From assembly GCA_021820845.1 (NCBI GenBank), contig JAKADC010000007.1:101300-165299 (forward strand): a stretch of 64,000 nucleotides of DNA, in the 5' to 3' direction. Below are positions 53,696-63,600 of the stretch, one piece after another; position 1 is the stretch's first letter, and every line of letters starts with the position of its first letter. The notes under the pieces are model-generated. The model did no database searches and was not told the DNA's origin. It worked only from the letters and a program-made list of their open reading frames with translations. The DNA comes from Pseudomonadota bacterium. GTDB taxonomy: Bacteria > Pseudomonadota > Gammaproteobacteria > Burkholderiales > Thiobacillaceae. The position numbers and the translations under genes are program-made.

Positions 53696-55078
53696 TCAGG
53701 CACGGGGCAGGAAGCTGACCCGGATGCGCGTACCGCCTCCGGCGCCGGAGGCAGCGATATGGATGGTGGCGTTGTGCCGGTCCGCCACTTCCTTGACGAT
53801 GGCGAGGCCGAGCCCGCTGCCCGAACCGGGGGATCCCGCCGCCCGGTAAAAACGGTCGAAGATGCGCTGGTGCTCGGCTTCCGGGATGCCAGGTCCATTG
53901 TCCTCGACTTCGATGAAGGGACGGTCGTCCTCGCCGATGCCGCTACGAGCAGTGACCCGCCCGCCGGCAGGCGTGTACTTCAGGGCATTGTCGATCAGGT
54001 TCGCCAGCAATTCCCGTAATAGCCATTCGGCACCGTCGATTACCCCTGGCTCCGGTTCGAAGCCGAGATCGATGTCGCGGGCGAGTGCCCGGTCGTACCA
54101 GGTGGATGCGTTTTCCTGCAGCAGGTGGGCGAGGTTTACCGGGCGCCGCTCGTGGGCGATGTCGGCTTCCGGCCCCGAGCGTGCGAGGGCCAGGAACTGG
54201 TGGACAAGATGGCCGAGGCGCTGGGTGGCATCGCGCAGGTTCACCACCCGGTGACGATATTCCCGGGGAAGTTCCGCCGCCGTCAGTTCCAGTTGGGTCT
54301 GCAAGGCCGCGAGCGGAGTCTTGAGCTGATGGGCAGCATTCGCAAGGAAGGACTGTTGCGCCATCGCCGCCGCCTGCAGGTCGTCGATCAGCGTCGACAT
54401 GGCGTTGACCAGGGGCTCGATCTCGCCCGGCACGTCCCCCGTGGGCAACGGGCTGAGATCGTGCGGGGAGCGGCGGCCGATTTCCTCGCTGAGCTCCGCG
54501 AGAGGTGCCACGCCCCTGCGTACGCCGATGTACACCAGACCGAGGGTGGCGAGGATGAGAACGACATTGGGGGCGACCATCGCGGCCAGAATCTTTGAGC
54601 CGGCTCGTTTGCGCTTCTTGGTGGTTTCGGCGACGACGACGGTGACTGGACCGCTGGATGTTTCCAGCCGATAGCTTGCCTTGCGTATGGCCTTGCCTCC
54701 CTGGCTGTCATCCGACAGGGCCGGGGGCTGGCCGGGCATTGCCGGCCCGGGCTTGAGATTGGCGTCGCCTGCCAGCAGCTCGCCGGTCGGCCCGCGCACT
54801 GCGAGAAATTCCTGATCCCTGCCATTGCTTCGCAGGACCGCCTCGGCGGCGGGCGGAAGGTCAACGGCCACGGCGTGTCGCTGGACATGAACCCGGCCAG
54901 CCAGCGCGACCACATCGTCGGCGAGGGCATGGTCGTAGGCATCGTTGGCCGGGTCGAACGCGATGTGATAATCGGCGGCGAGGCTGACGACGAGCAGCGC
55001 TGCCAGCGGCGCCAGCAGAAAGACGAGCAGCCGCCTGCGCAGGGTCTGTCGCGATCGCTCAGGCCGGTGAGAGTTCAT
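53696..55078 (-). CDS. Sensor histidine kinase (TctE/QseC-like)
   Basis: Two TMs, H-box AAHQLKTPL, NLIDNALKY, DNGPGI, GSGLGLAIV. Confidence 0.93.
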   Translation of the reverse strand: MNSHRPERSRQTLRRRLLVFLLAPLAALLVVSLAADYHIAFDPANDAYDHALADDVVALAGRVHVQRHAVAVDLPPAAEAVLRSNGRDQEFLAVRGPTGELLAGDANLKPGPAMPGQPPALSDDSQGGKAIRKASYRLETSSGPVTVVVAETTKKRKRAGSKILAAMVAPNVVLILATLGLVYIGVRRGVAPLAELSEEIGRRSPHDLSPLPTGDVPGEIEPLVNAMSTLIDDLQAAAMAQQSFLANAAHQLKTPLAALQTQLELTAAELPREYRHRVVNLRDATQRLGHLVHQFLALARSGPEADIAHERRPVNLAHLLQENASTWYDRALARDIDLGFEPEPGVIDGAEWLLRELLANLIDNALKYTPAGGRVTARSGIGEDDRPFIEVEDNGPGIPEAEHQRIFDRFYRAAGSPGSGSGLGLAIVKEVADRHNATIHIAASGAGGGTRIRVSFLPRA

Positions 55079-55733
55079 CGAGGCGGTAGCCGATGCCGCG
55101 GATCGTGCGGATTTCCACGCCGCATCCCTGCAGTTTGCTGCGCAGACGCGATATGTAGATTTCGACGGCATTGGTGGTCAGTTCGTTGTCCCACTCGCTC
55201 AGACTTTCCACCATCTTCTGCTTGGCGACGACATTCGGCGTGGCGAGCATGAGCTGTTGCAGTATTTCCCACTCGCGGCCGGTAAGCTCGAGTGGCATGC
55301 CGTTCGAACTGGCGGTTCTGCGTGCCAGGTCGAGGCGAACCGAGCCTGCGCTCAGTTCGGAAGTGGCGGCCGAGCGGCTGCGGCGGATCAGCGCGCGCAG
55401 CCGGGCCAGCAGTTCGGGCAGGTGGAAGGGCTTGACCATGTAATCGTCGGCGCCGAGGTCGAGTCCGTTCACCCGGTTATCCAGCCCGTCGTGGGCCGTA
55501 AGAATGAGGACGGGCACCTGGATGCCTCGGCGGCGCAAGCGGCGGATCAGTTCATGGCCATTCATGCGTGGCAGGCCGATGTCGACGATCGCCAGATCGT
55601 AATGGGTGAGTTCGAGTGCGGATGCGGCCGGCTCGGCCGCGGCCGCGTGGTCCACCGCGAATCCTGCTCTTTCCAGGCCTTCGCGGATACCCTCGGCCAC
55701 CATCGGGTCGTCTTCAACGAGCAGGATGCGCAT
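55059..55733 (-). CDS. OmpR-family response regulator (TctD/QseB-like)
   Basis: MRILLVEDD, DIGLP, GADDYMVKPF, TIRGIGY. Confidence 0.95.
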   Translation of the reverse strand: MRILLVEDDPMVAEGIREGLERAGFAVDHAAAAEPAASALELTHYDLAIVDIGLPRMNGHELIRRLRRRGIQVPVLILTAHDGLDNRVNGLDLGADDYMVKPFHLPELLARLRALIRRSRSAATSELSAGSVRLDLARRTASSNGMPLELTGREWEILQQLMLATPNVVAKQKMVESLSEWDNELTTNAVEIYISRLRSKLQGCGVEIRTIRGIGYRLDELSPA

Positions 55734-55925
55734 GGCGGCCGTTGGCTTGATACCACCGAACGGCAAGCGAAACGTCGCTCCCCTCGAAGGCAAAGATATC
55801 GTGCATTAGGGCTCCGTTAATGACGAAGCCACCTTAGCGGACGGGTGCTTACACTCGCCTGACAGCAGTCGGCTCGCACTAGGGCGCCGGCAGGCTGTGT
55901 ACTCGGCGCCGACGCATCAAAATAA

Positions 55926-55954
55926 AATGGCCATGGGCTTGGCCCATGGCCATT
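55926..55954 (-). terminator. rpoH intrinsic terminator
   Basis: 13-bp perfect stem AATGGCCATGGGC/GCCCATGGCCATT with a T-rich tail on the minus strand. Confidence 0.8.
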
Positions 55955-55990
55955 GCAGCCATCCCGCTACTGGGTCGGGTTATTCGACAT

Positions 55991-56836
55991 TCACTCCGGA
56001 ATCGCGCTCCGCATTTTTTGCAGTGCCCGCGCCTCGATCTGGCGGATACGTTCGGCGGAGACACCGTATTTCGCCGCCAATTCATGCAATGTCGCCGCTT
56101 CGCCTTCGGTCAGCCAGCGCGCCTGGATGATGTGGCGGCTGCGCGCATCGAGATTTTCCAGGGCGAGGGTCAGGCCGCTATGGCGCAGGCGTTCGGTCTG
56201 CTCGCGCTCGAGCAGTTGCGCCGGGTTTTCGTCCGGGCTCGCCATGTAGGCGAGGGGGCTGAAGCTTTCCTCGCCGTCCTCCACGCTCGGATCGATCGAG
56301 ACGTCGTGCCCCGAGAGGCGCGTCTCCATTTCCAGCACGTCCTTGCGGCTCACGTTCAGCTCGCGCGCAACGGCGTCCGCTTCCTGCAGCGTCAGCGCGT
56401 TGAGCGACTGTTTCAGGCTGCGCAGATTGAAGAACAGCTTGCGCTGCGACTTGGTGGTCGCGACCTTGACCAGGCGCCAGTTCCGCAGGACGTATTCGTG
56501 GATCTCGGCGCGGACCCAGTGCAGCGCAAACGAAACCAGCCGCACGCCGCGGTCGGGGTCGAAACGCTTCACCGCCTTCATCAGGCCGACGTTGCCTTCC
56601 TGGATAAGGTCGGCGTGCGGCAACCCGTAGCCGAGGTAATGGCGCGCCACGCTCACCACCACGCGAAGATGCGATACCACCAGCTGCCGGGCAGCCTCGA
56701 CATCCTGTTTTTCGAGCCACGCCCGCGCGAATTGCTGCTCTTCCTCCATGCTGAGCATGGGATAGCGATTCACGGTCTGGATATAGCTCTCCAGGCTGTA
56801 TGCGGCAGGAATCGGTAAAGACATCGATTGGCTCAT
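55991..56836 (-). CDS. rpoH: RNA polymerase sigma-32 factor
   Basis: DLIQEGNVGLMKAV, RpoH box QRKLFFNLR, VSAERIRQIE. Confidence 0.96.
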   Translation of the reverse strand: MSQSMSLPIPAAYSLESYIQTVNRYPMLSMEEEQQFARAWLEKQDVEAARQLVVSHLRVVVSVARHYLGYGLPHADLIQEGNVGLMKAVKRFDPDRGVRLVSFALHWVRAEIHEYVLRNWRLVKVATTKSQRKLFFNLRSLKQSLNALTLQEADAVARELNVSRKDVLEMETRLSGHDVSIDPSVEDGEESFSPLAYMASPDENPAQLLEREQTERLRHSGLTLALENLDARSRHIIQARWLTEGEAATLHELAAKYGVSAERIRQIEARALQKMRSAIPE

Positions 56837-56863
56837 ATATGTAACTCCCTTCACCGCACAATT

Positions 56864-56890
56864 TTAGCACTCTCGATTTATGAGTGCTAA
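56864..56890. promoter_or_regulatory. CIRCE element (HrcA operator) upstream of rpoH
   Basis: Perfect TTAGCACTC-N9-GAGTGCTAA. Confidence 0.95.
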
Positions 56891-56906
56891 GAGCGGGGAG
56901 GGTTCC
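56879..56906 (-). promoter_or_regulatory. Putative sigmaE-type promoter of rpoH overlapping CIRCE
   Basis: Minus strand GGAACCC-16 nt-TCATA versus the consensus GGAACTT-16-TCnnA. Confidence 0.45.
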
Positions 56907-57202
56907 CGGGTCGGGGGCATGGTTTCAAGTAATAAAGTCGTAAACGGCTTAATAGTGTCGGCATATTTCTCGATCAGATGGTTTTTGTCTTCTGATCGGA
57001 GGCGCACGCCGCCCCGGCAAGCGAAATTCCGTACGCCGCGGCGTCCAATGCGGATAATGGCGTGCTCTCCTGGATCGTCCTGTCGGCGATGCACTAGGCA
57101 TGTGGGCAGCGCCGGAATCGCGAGCCGCATCGTCCGGCGGCGCTCCGACAGTGGGCGACCGGCGACGAGACTTTGAAAATTGACACCATGGGCCATCCAA
57201 AT

Positions 57203-58249
57203 ATGAAGCGCATCCTCCTCGTTTCCGCGATCACCCTGGGGGCGTTGCCAACGCTCGCGCAGGCCTGCGCAACCTGTGGATGCTCATTGTCGTCCGACGC
57301 GGCCACGGGGTATTCGTCGAGCACCGGCTGGACCGTCGGCCTGCAGTACGACTACATCAACCAGAGCCAGCTTCGTTCCGGAACCCATGCGGTGTCGGCT
57401 GCCGAGGTGGCCGCGATCAATGACATGGGCGGGGACCAGGAGGTCGAGAAAAACACGACCACCCACTACATCACGCTGGGTATCGGCTACGCGTTCAGCC
57501 AGGACTGGAACGTCCGGATGCTCCTGCCCTACGTTGACCGCAGCCATTCGACCTATGGCGACGCAGCCAATCCGCTGACGCCGAATATGCTGAGCGAGGG
57601 CAGCGTGTCGTCAATCGGCGATGCGAAGCTCATCGCGAGCTACCAGGGCTTTCTGCCGACGCACAACTTCGGGCTTCAAGTCGGCGTGAAGCTTCCCACC
57701 GGAAATTACGGCGGGCCCGACGCATTCGGGACCGGCGTCGCGGGACGCAGACCCGCCGCCTTCACTTCCGGGCCGCTGTCCCTCAATCCGTCGCCCGCGA
57801 ACCTCATCGACAGCAGCCTCCAGGCGGGGACCGGAAGCACCGATATCATCCTCGGGGCCTACTATTACCAACCCGTGAGCCAGGACTTCGACGCGTTCGT
57901 CAACGGGCAATTCCAGAGCGCGGTCAAAGAGGAACTGGATCAGGCCGGTGCGAACTTCCGGCCGGGAAATCTCGCCACGGTGAGCTTCGGGCTGCGGTAC
58001 GAGGCCACCCCCGACATCGTGCCCCAGGTCCAGGTGAACATCACGCACAAGAGCCATGATCAGGGCACGCTCGCCGATACGGGAAATACCAGCGGGACCG
58101 CCGTATACCTGAGCCCCGGCCTCACCGCGAGAGTGGGGCAGCGCAGCCAGGTCTATGCCTTCGTGCAGCTTCCGGTGCACAGCAACCTGCAGGGCTACCA
58201 GCTCTTCCCGCGCTGGACCGGTACGCTTGGCGTCAGTTATGCGTTCTGA
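57203..58249 (+). CDS. Putative outer-membrane beta-barrel protein with N-terminal CxxCxC
   Basis: Signal peptide ending AQA, mature start CATCGC, alternating amphipathic strands, C-terminal LGVSYAF. Confidence 0.7.
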   Translation: MKRILLVSAITLGALPTLAQACATCGCSLSSDAATGYSSSTGWTVGLQYDYINQSQLRSGTHAVSAAEVAAINDMGGDQEVEKNTTTHYITLGIGYAFSQDWNVRMLLPYVDRSHSTYGDAANPLTPNMLSEGSVSSIGDAKLIASYQGFLPTHNFGLQVGVKLPTGNYGGPDAFGTGVAGRRPAAFTSGPLSLNPSPANLIDSSLQAGTGSTDIILGAYYYQPVSQDFDAFVNGQFQSAVKEELDQAGANFRPGNLATVSFGLRYEATPDIVPQVQVNITHKSHDQGTLADTGNTSGTAVYLSPGLTARVGQRSQVYAFVQLPVHSNLQGYQLFPRWTGTLGVSYAF

Positions 58250-58265
58250 CGAGGGCGTCCGCCGG

Positions 58266-58892
58266 ATGCGATCAACCCACTCTGGAGCGACCATGGCGCT
58301 GCTTTCCGCGAATGCCGGCCCGGGACGCGCGCCCGCCGCACCGGTGGCGTCGTCGTGGAAAACCTTCCGGCGAGCGACGGCCGCGCTGCTGGTTGCCGCA
58401 ATCTGCGCGATATGCGCGGCGCCGGCGAGCGCCAATGCGCTCAAACTCGGCGAGGAGGCCCCGCCGCTCGTCCTGCATACGCTGGACGGCCGCAGCATCG
58501 CCACGCGCGATCTTCGAGGCCAGGTCGTAGTCGTCACCTTCTGGGCGACCTGGTGCAGCTTCTGCAACGAGGAATTACCGTTGCTGTCCGCCTTCGCCAA
58601 ACGCCACGCGGCCGACGGCCTGCAGGTGCTCGGTTTCAGCCTTGACGATGACGTCGCGAAAGTGAAGGACGTGTCCTCACGGCTGCAATTCCCGGTAGGG
58701 CTGCTCGGAAGTCCGTGGGCAGGGGGCTACGGCCGTATCTGGCGCCTGCCGGTTACCTTCGTGATCGACCGGTCGGGGCGGCTTGCCTATAACGGGTGGA
58801 ACGACAAGCAGCCCGTCTGGACGCGCGAGCGGCTCGAAAGCGTGGTCGCTCCGCTTCTGGCTCAACCGAACAAAGAGCCGCCCGAGCGATAG
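58266..58892 (+). CDS. TlpA-family redoxin
   Basis: VVTFWATWCSFC, LPVTFVIDRSG; start uncertain. Confidence 0.85.
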   Translation: MRSTHSGATMALLSANAGPGRAPAAPVASSWKTFRRATAALLVAAICAICAAPASANALKLGEEAPPLVLHTLDGRSIATRDLRGQVVVVTFWATWCSFCNEELPLLSAFAKRHAADGLQVLGFSLDDDVAKVKDVSSRLQFPVGLLGSPWAGGYGRIWRLPVTFVIDRSGRLAYNGWNDKQPVWTRERLESVVAPLLAQPNKEPPER

Positions 58893-58965
58893 CGGAAAAC
58901 GAGACGCGTGCGGGGCTGTCGGAAACGAACGAAACGCAGAGCTTTCGACACCGGAAAGGATCGCC

Positions 58966-59429
58966 ATGAAACAACGTCTCGATTACAAACAGGTCGCTCC
59001 CATGGCCCTCAAGGCCATGCTCGAGCTTGAGCAGCATGTGCGCCGATCGGGGCTGGAAGACAGCCTGCTCGAGCTCGTCAAGACGCGCGCCTCGCGGCTA
59101 ACCGCTGCGCCTGGTGCCTCGACATGCATACCAAGGATGCGCGCGCGTGCGGCGAGGCCAAGCAACGCCTGTATCTGCTGCCGGCCTGGCGCGAGGCGCC
59201 GTGCTACAGCGAACGCGAGCGGGCCGCGCTCGCCTGGACCGAGGCGGTCACCCTGATTTCGCAGGATGAGGTTTCCGATGCGCTCTACGCCGAGGTGCGG
59301 CGCCATTCGAGCGAAAAGGAACTGGTCGACCTCACGTTTGCGATCATTGCGATCAACGGCTGGAACCGTCTCAACGTTCCGTTCCGCACAACGGTAGGAA
59401 AGTATCAGCCCGCCCAAGGCGCGAAGTGA
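58966..59429 (+). pseudogene. AhpD/carboxymuconolactone decarboxylase-family gene with a 1-nt deletion
   Basis: Frame 1 gives MKQRLDY...LVKTRAS; the shifted frame continues CAWCLDMHTK...INGWNRLN; break at ~59101. Confidence 0.85.
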
Positions 59430-59482
59430 TGGAAAATGGGTCTGCTTAGCCGCGGCGACGCCCGGCAAACGGAACCGCTAAC

Positions 59483-60070
59483 ATGCGCGCAATGAAGCCA
59501 TTCGCCCTCCGCACACTTCCTGCCCTTCTGCTGGCCGTCGCGGCGACGGCCACGGCGGGCACCGTCGAAAGCACGAACCCGAGCAACGGCCTGTCGAACT
59601 GGCAGTCCGAGGGCACGCCGTTCAGCCTGCAACTCTTGCAGCTCATGCCGGACAACGTGCGCGCCATCTATTCGAGAAACGATTTTCCGCCGGCGCTGGT
59701 CGAGGAAATGGCGGGCTACTGCGTGTTCGGTTCCGTCATCCGCAACCTCGCCGACGAGCCCGTCAGCTACGACGTCGCCGACTGGCGGGCGATCACTGCG
59801 GACGGCGTGCGGCACCGGCTGCGGACGAAGACCGACTGGCTGAAGATATGGCAGAGCCAGGGCGTCGATTTCGGCTGGTCCATCCTGCCCGCGGCCCAGA
59901 CCCTCGAAGTCGGCGACTGGGGCCAGGGCTTCACCACGCTCAAGCTGCCCCACGGCTCGCGTTTCGATCTCGATTATTCCTGGAGGCAACATGGCAAAAC
60001 ATTCCACGCCATTCTCGAAGGGCTCCAGTGCGCGCCCGAAGAACTCCCCGTCCCGCCCCGCCAGCCCTGA
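59483..60070 (+). CDS. Hypothetical exported protein
   Basis: Sec signal (LLLAVAATATA), good codon usage, two Cys (YCVF, LQC). Confidence 0.75.
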   Translation: MRAMKPFALRTLPALLLAVAATATAGTVESTNPSNGLSNWQSEGTPFSLQLLQLMPDNVRAIYSRNDFPPALVEEMAGYCVFGSVIRNLADEPVSYDVADWRAITADGVRHRLRTKTDWLKIWQSQGVDFGWSILPAAQTLEVGDWGQGFTTLKLPHGSRFDLDYSWRQHGKTFHAILEGLQCAPEELPVPPRQP

Positions 60071-60614
60071 GCGGCGCGATGCCCTGATCGCCCTGGGCGG
60101 GCTCGGCCTCGGCCTGCTGACCGCGGGCGTTGCGCGCGGCGCGCTGCCCGAGCCGCCGCTCACCCACGTCATGGCCCCGGTGAAGCCGCACCGGCCCGCG
60201 CCGGATTTCAGCCTGCCGGACATCGACGGCAAGATCCACAAGCTGTCGGATTATTCGGGCAAGGTGGTGCTGCTCAACTTCTGGGCGACCTGGTGCCCGC
60301 CCTGCAGGCGCGAGCTGCCTTCGATGGAAACGCTCTATCTCGACCTCAAGGGCAAGCCGTTCCAGGTTCTGGCCTGCGACCAGCAGGAGGATGCCGACAC
60401 GGTGTTCGCCTTCAGCGGGCAGCTGGACCCGGCGCCCGACTTCCCCCTGCTGCTCGACAGCAAGAGCGTCGTCTCCAAGGCCTACGCCGTTCCCGGCCTG
60501 CCCACCACCTTCCTCATCGACAAGAAGGGGCAGATCGCCTACCGGGCGGTCGGGGGACGCGAATTCGACCATCCCGCCATCCGCGCGCTGATCGACGAAT
60601 TGATGGCCACCTAG
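59991..60614 (+). CDS. TlpA-family redoxin with possible Tat signal
   Basis: ERRDALIALGG, LLNFWATWCPPC, LPTTFLID; start uncertain (overlaps the upstream gene). Confidence 0.85.
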   Translation: MAKHSTPFSKGSSARPKNSPSRPASPERRDALIALGGLGLGLLTAGVARGALPEPPLTHVMAPVKPHRPAPDFSLPDIDGKIHKLSDYSGKVVLLNFWATWCPPCRRELPSMETLYLDLKGKPFQVLACDQQEDADTVFAFSGQLDPAPDFPLLLDSKSVVSKAYAVPGLPTTFLIDKKGQIAYRAVGGREFDHPAIRALIDELMAT

Positions 60615-60639
60615 CGCGGGCCGGGCAGGCGCGGCACTG

Positions 60640-63600
60640 TCAGGCCTTCCGCTCGGCCTTCTCCGATAGCTCGCTCGCCAGGCGCCGCCGCTTCACCAGG
60701 GCGTAGATCGCCGGTATCACGCCGAGCGTCAGGATCGTCGACGAGATCATCCCGCCGACCATGGGCGCCGCGATCCGGCGCATGACGTCGGAGCCGGTGC
60801 CGTGGCCCCACATGATCGGGAGGAGGCCGGCCATGATCGCCACCACCGTCATCATCTTGGGCCGCACCCGCTCCACCGCGCCTTCGACGATGGCGAGATA
60901 CAGGTCGGCCACCGCCGGTTCGCGCCCCTCGGCCTGCCGTTCGGCACGAATCCGGGTCCACGCCTGGTCCAGGTAGATCAGCATCACCACGCCGGTTTCC
61001 GCCGCCACCCCGGCGAGTGCGATGAAGCCGACGGCCACCGCCACGCTCATGTTGTAGCCGAGCCACCACATGAGCCAGATGCCGCCGACCAGCGCGAAGG
61101 GAACCGACAGCATGACGATCAGCGTCTCGGCGAGCCGGTTGAAGTTCAGATACAGCAGGGCGAAGATGATCAGCAGCGTGGCGGGGATGACCAGCTTGAG
61201 CTTGGCCTTGGCGCGTTGCATGTACTCGTACTGGCCCGACCACGTGGCGTAATAACCCGGCGGGAACTTGACCTTCTCCGCCACCGCGCGCTGGGCATCC
61301 TCGACATACGAACCGACGTCGCGGTCGCGGATGTCGACGTAGACGTACGCGGCGAGCAGCGCGTTTTCGGTCTTGATCGCGGGCGGGCCGCCGCGGATGA
61401 CGATGTCGGCGACCTGGCCGAGCGGCACCATGCCCGTTCCGGTCGGGACGTAAACTTCATGGGCGATGCGGTAGGGATCGTCGCGCAGCGCGCGCGGATA
61501 GCGCACCGTGATGTTGTAGCGCTCCAGTCCCTCGACCGCCGTCGTGACGGTTTCGCCGCCCAGCGCGGCGGCGACCACCCGCTGAAAGTCGCCGACGCTC
61601 ACGCCGTAGCGGGCAAGCTGTTCGCGCTTGGGCGCGATGTCGAGGTAGTAGCCGCCGTCGACCCGCTCGGCGTAGGCGCTGCTGGTGCCGGGCACCGTCT
61701 TCACCGCCGCCTCGATCTCGCGCGCCAGTTTCTCGATCGTGGGCAGGTCCTTGCCGAACACCTTGACGCCCACCGGCGTGCGGATGCCGGTCGACAGCAT
61801 GTCGATGCGAGCCTTGATCGGCATCGACCAGGAGTTGGCGACGCCCGGAAACTTCAGCGCCGCGTCCATCTCGGCGACCAGCTTGTCGGTCGTCATGCCC
61901 GGCCGCCACTGCGATTCCGGCTTGAGGTTGATCACCGTCTCGAACATCTCGAGCGGCGCCGGGTCGGTGGCCGTGTCGGCACGGCCGGCCTTGCCGTACA
62001 CCGATTCCACCTCGGGGAAGGTCTTGATGATGCGATCGGTGGTTTGCAGCAGCGCGGCCGCGTCGGTCACCGACATGCCGGGCAGCGCCGAGGGCATGTA
62101 GAACAGCGTGCCCTCGTTGAGGGTGGGCATGAATTCGGAGCCGATCTGGCGCGCCGGCAGGACGGTCAGGGCGAGGGTGGCGACGGCGAGCGCGAGGGTC
62201 AGCACCGGATGCGCCAGCACCTGGCGGATGATCGGCCGATAGGCATTCACCAGAAAGCGGTTCACCGGGTTGCGCGCCTCCGGCATGATCCGGCCGCGCA
62301 CGAAGAGGACCATCAAGACCGGGACCAGGGTCACCGACAGCAAGGCCGCGCCGGCCATGGCGAAGGTCTTGGTCAGCGCCAGCGGCGCGAAGAGGCGACC
62401 CTCCTGGCCTTCAAGGGTCAGCACCGGAAGGAAGGACACGGTGATGATCAGGAGCGAAAAGAACAGCGCCGGCCCCACTTCCTTGCAGGCGTCGACGATG
62501 ACCGCCACGCGTTCCGCCCGGCCGGCTGCCGGCGGCAAGCGCTCGATCCGCTTGTGCGCGTTCTCGATCATCACGATGGCGGCGTCGACCATGGCGCCGA
62601 TCGCGATCGCGATGCCGCCGAGGCTCATGATGTTCGACCCGATGCCCATGAAATGCATGGCGACGAAGGCGAACAGCACGCCGAGCGGCAGGGTGACGAT
62701 GGCCACGAGCGCGCTGCGAACGTGGAGCAGGAACAGGATGCAGACCGCCGCGACGATCAGGCTTTCCTCGACCAGCGTGTCCTGAAGATTGGCGATGGCG
62801 CGCTCGATCAGGCCCGAGCGGTCGTAGACGGAGACGATCTCGGTGCCGGACGGCAGGCCCGCCGCGATGTCCCGGAGCTTTGCCTTGACCCCGGCGATGA
62901 CGTCGAGCGCATTCTGGCCGAAGCGCGCCTCGACGATCCCCGACGCGACCTCGCCGTTGCCGTTCAGCTCGGCGATGCCGCGCCGCTCGGCGGGCACGAT
63001 CTCGACCTTGGCCACGTCGCGCACCAGCACGGGCGTGCCGCCGTCGGCCTTCAGGACCAGGCTGCCGATGTCGCCCGCGCCGTGCAGATAACCGAGGCCG
63101 CGCACCATGTATTCACGTTCCGACACCTCGACCACCCGCCCGCCGACGTCGCGGTTCGATTCGCGAATCACGCCGATCAGCTTGTCGAGCGAGATACCGT
63201 AGGCGGCGAGGCGGTGCGGGTCGACCGTGACCTGGTACTCCTTGACGAAGCCGCCGACGCTGGCCACCTCGGCGACGCCGCCGGCCTTGGCCAGCTGGTA
63301 GCGCACGTACCAGTCCTGCAGGCTGCGCAGGTCGGCCAGTGACTGGTTCTTGCCGGTGAGGGCGTACTGGTAGACCCAGCCCACGCCGGTCGCGTCCGGC
63401 CCGATCTGCGGCGTCACCCCCGCCGGCAGCCGGCCGCGCACGCTGCTCAGGTACTCGAGCACGCGCGAGCGCGCCCAGTAGAGGTCGGTGCCGTCCTCGA
63501 AGATGACATAGACGTAGGAGGCGCCGAACATGGACAGGCCGCGCACCACCTTGGCCTTGGGCACCGCCAGCATGGCGGTGGTGAGCGGATAGGTGACCTG

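Noticed and set aside
56918-56924. CTTGAAA (minus strand) as a sigma32 -35 for rpoH autoregulation
   Set aside because: No CCCCAT -10 at the proper spacing
56890-57200. Possible riboswitch, sRNA or tRNA att site in the long intergenic region
   Set aside because: Only a short GATCAGA/TCTGATC hairpin was seen and no recognisable family signature; an Infernal/Rfam scan would be needed
57170-57200. CusR/CueR box upstream of the beta-barrel gene
   Set aside because: AAAATTGACAC resembles half a CusR box but has no symmetric partner and no MerR-type 19-bp promoter
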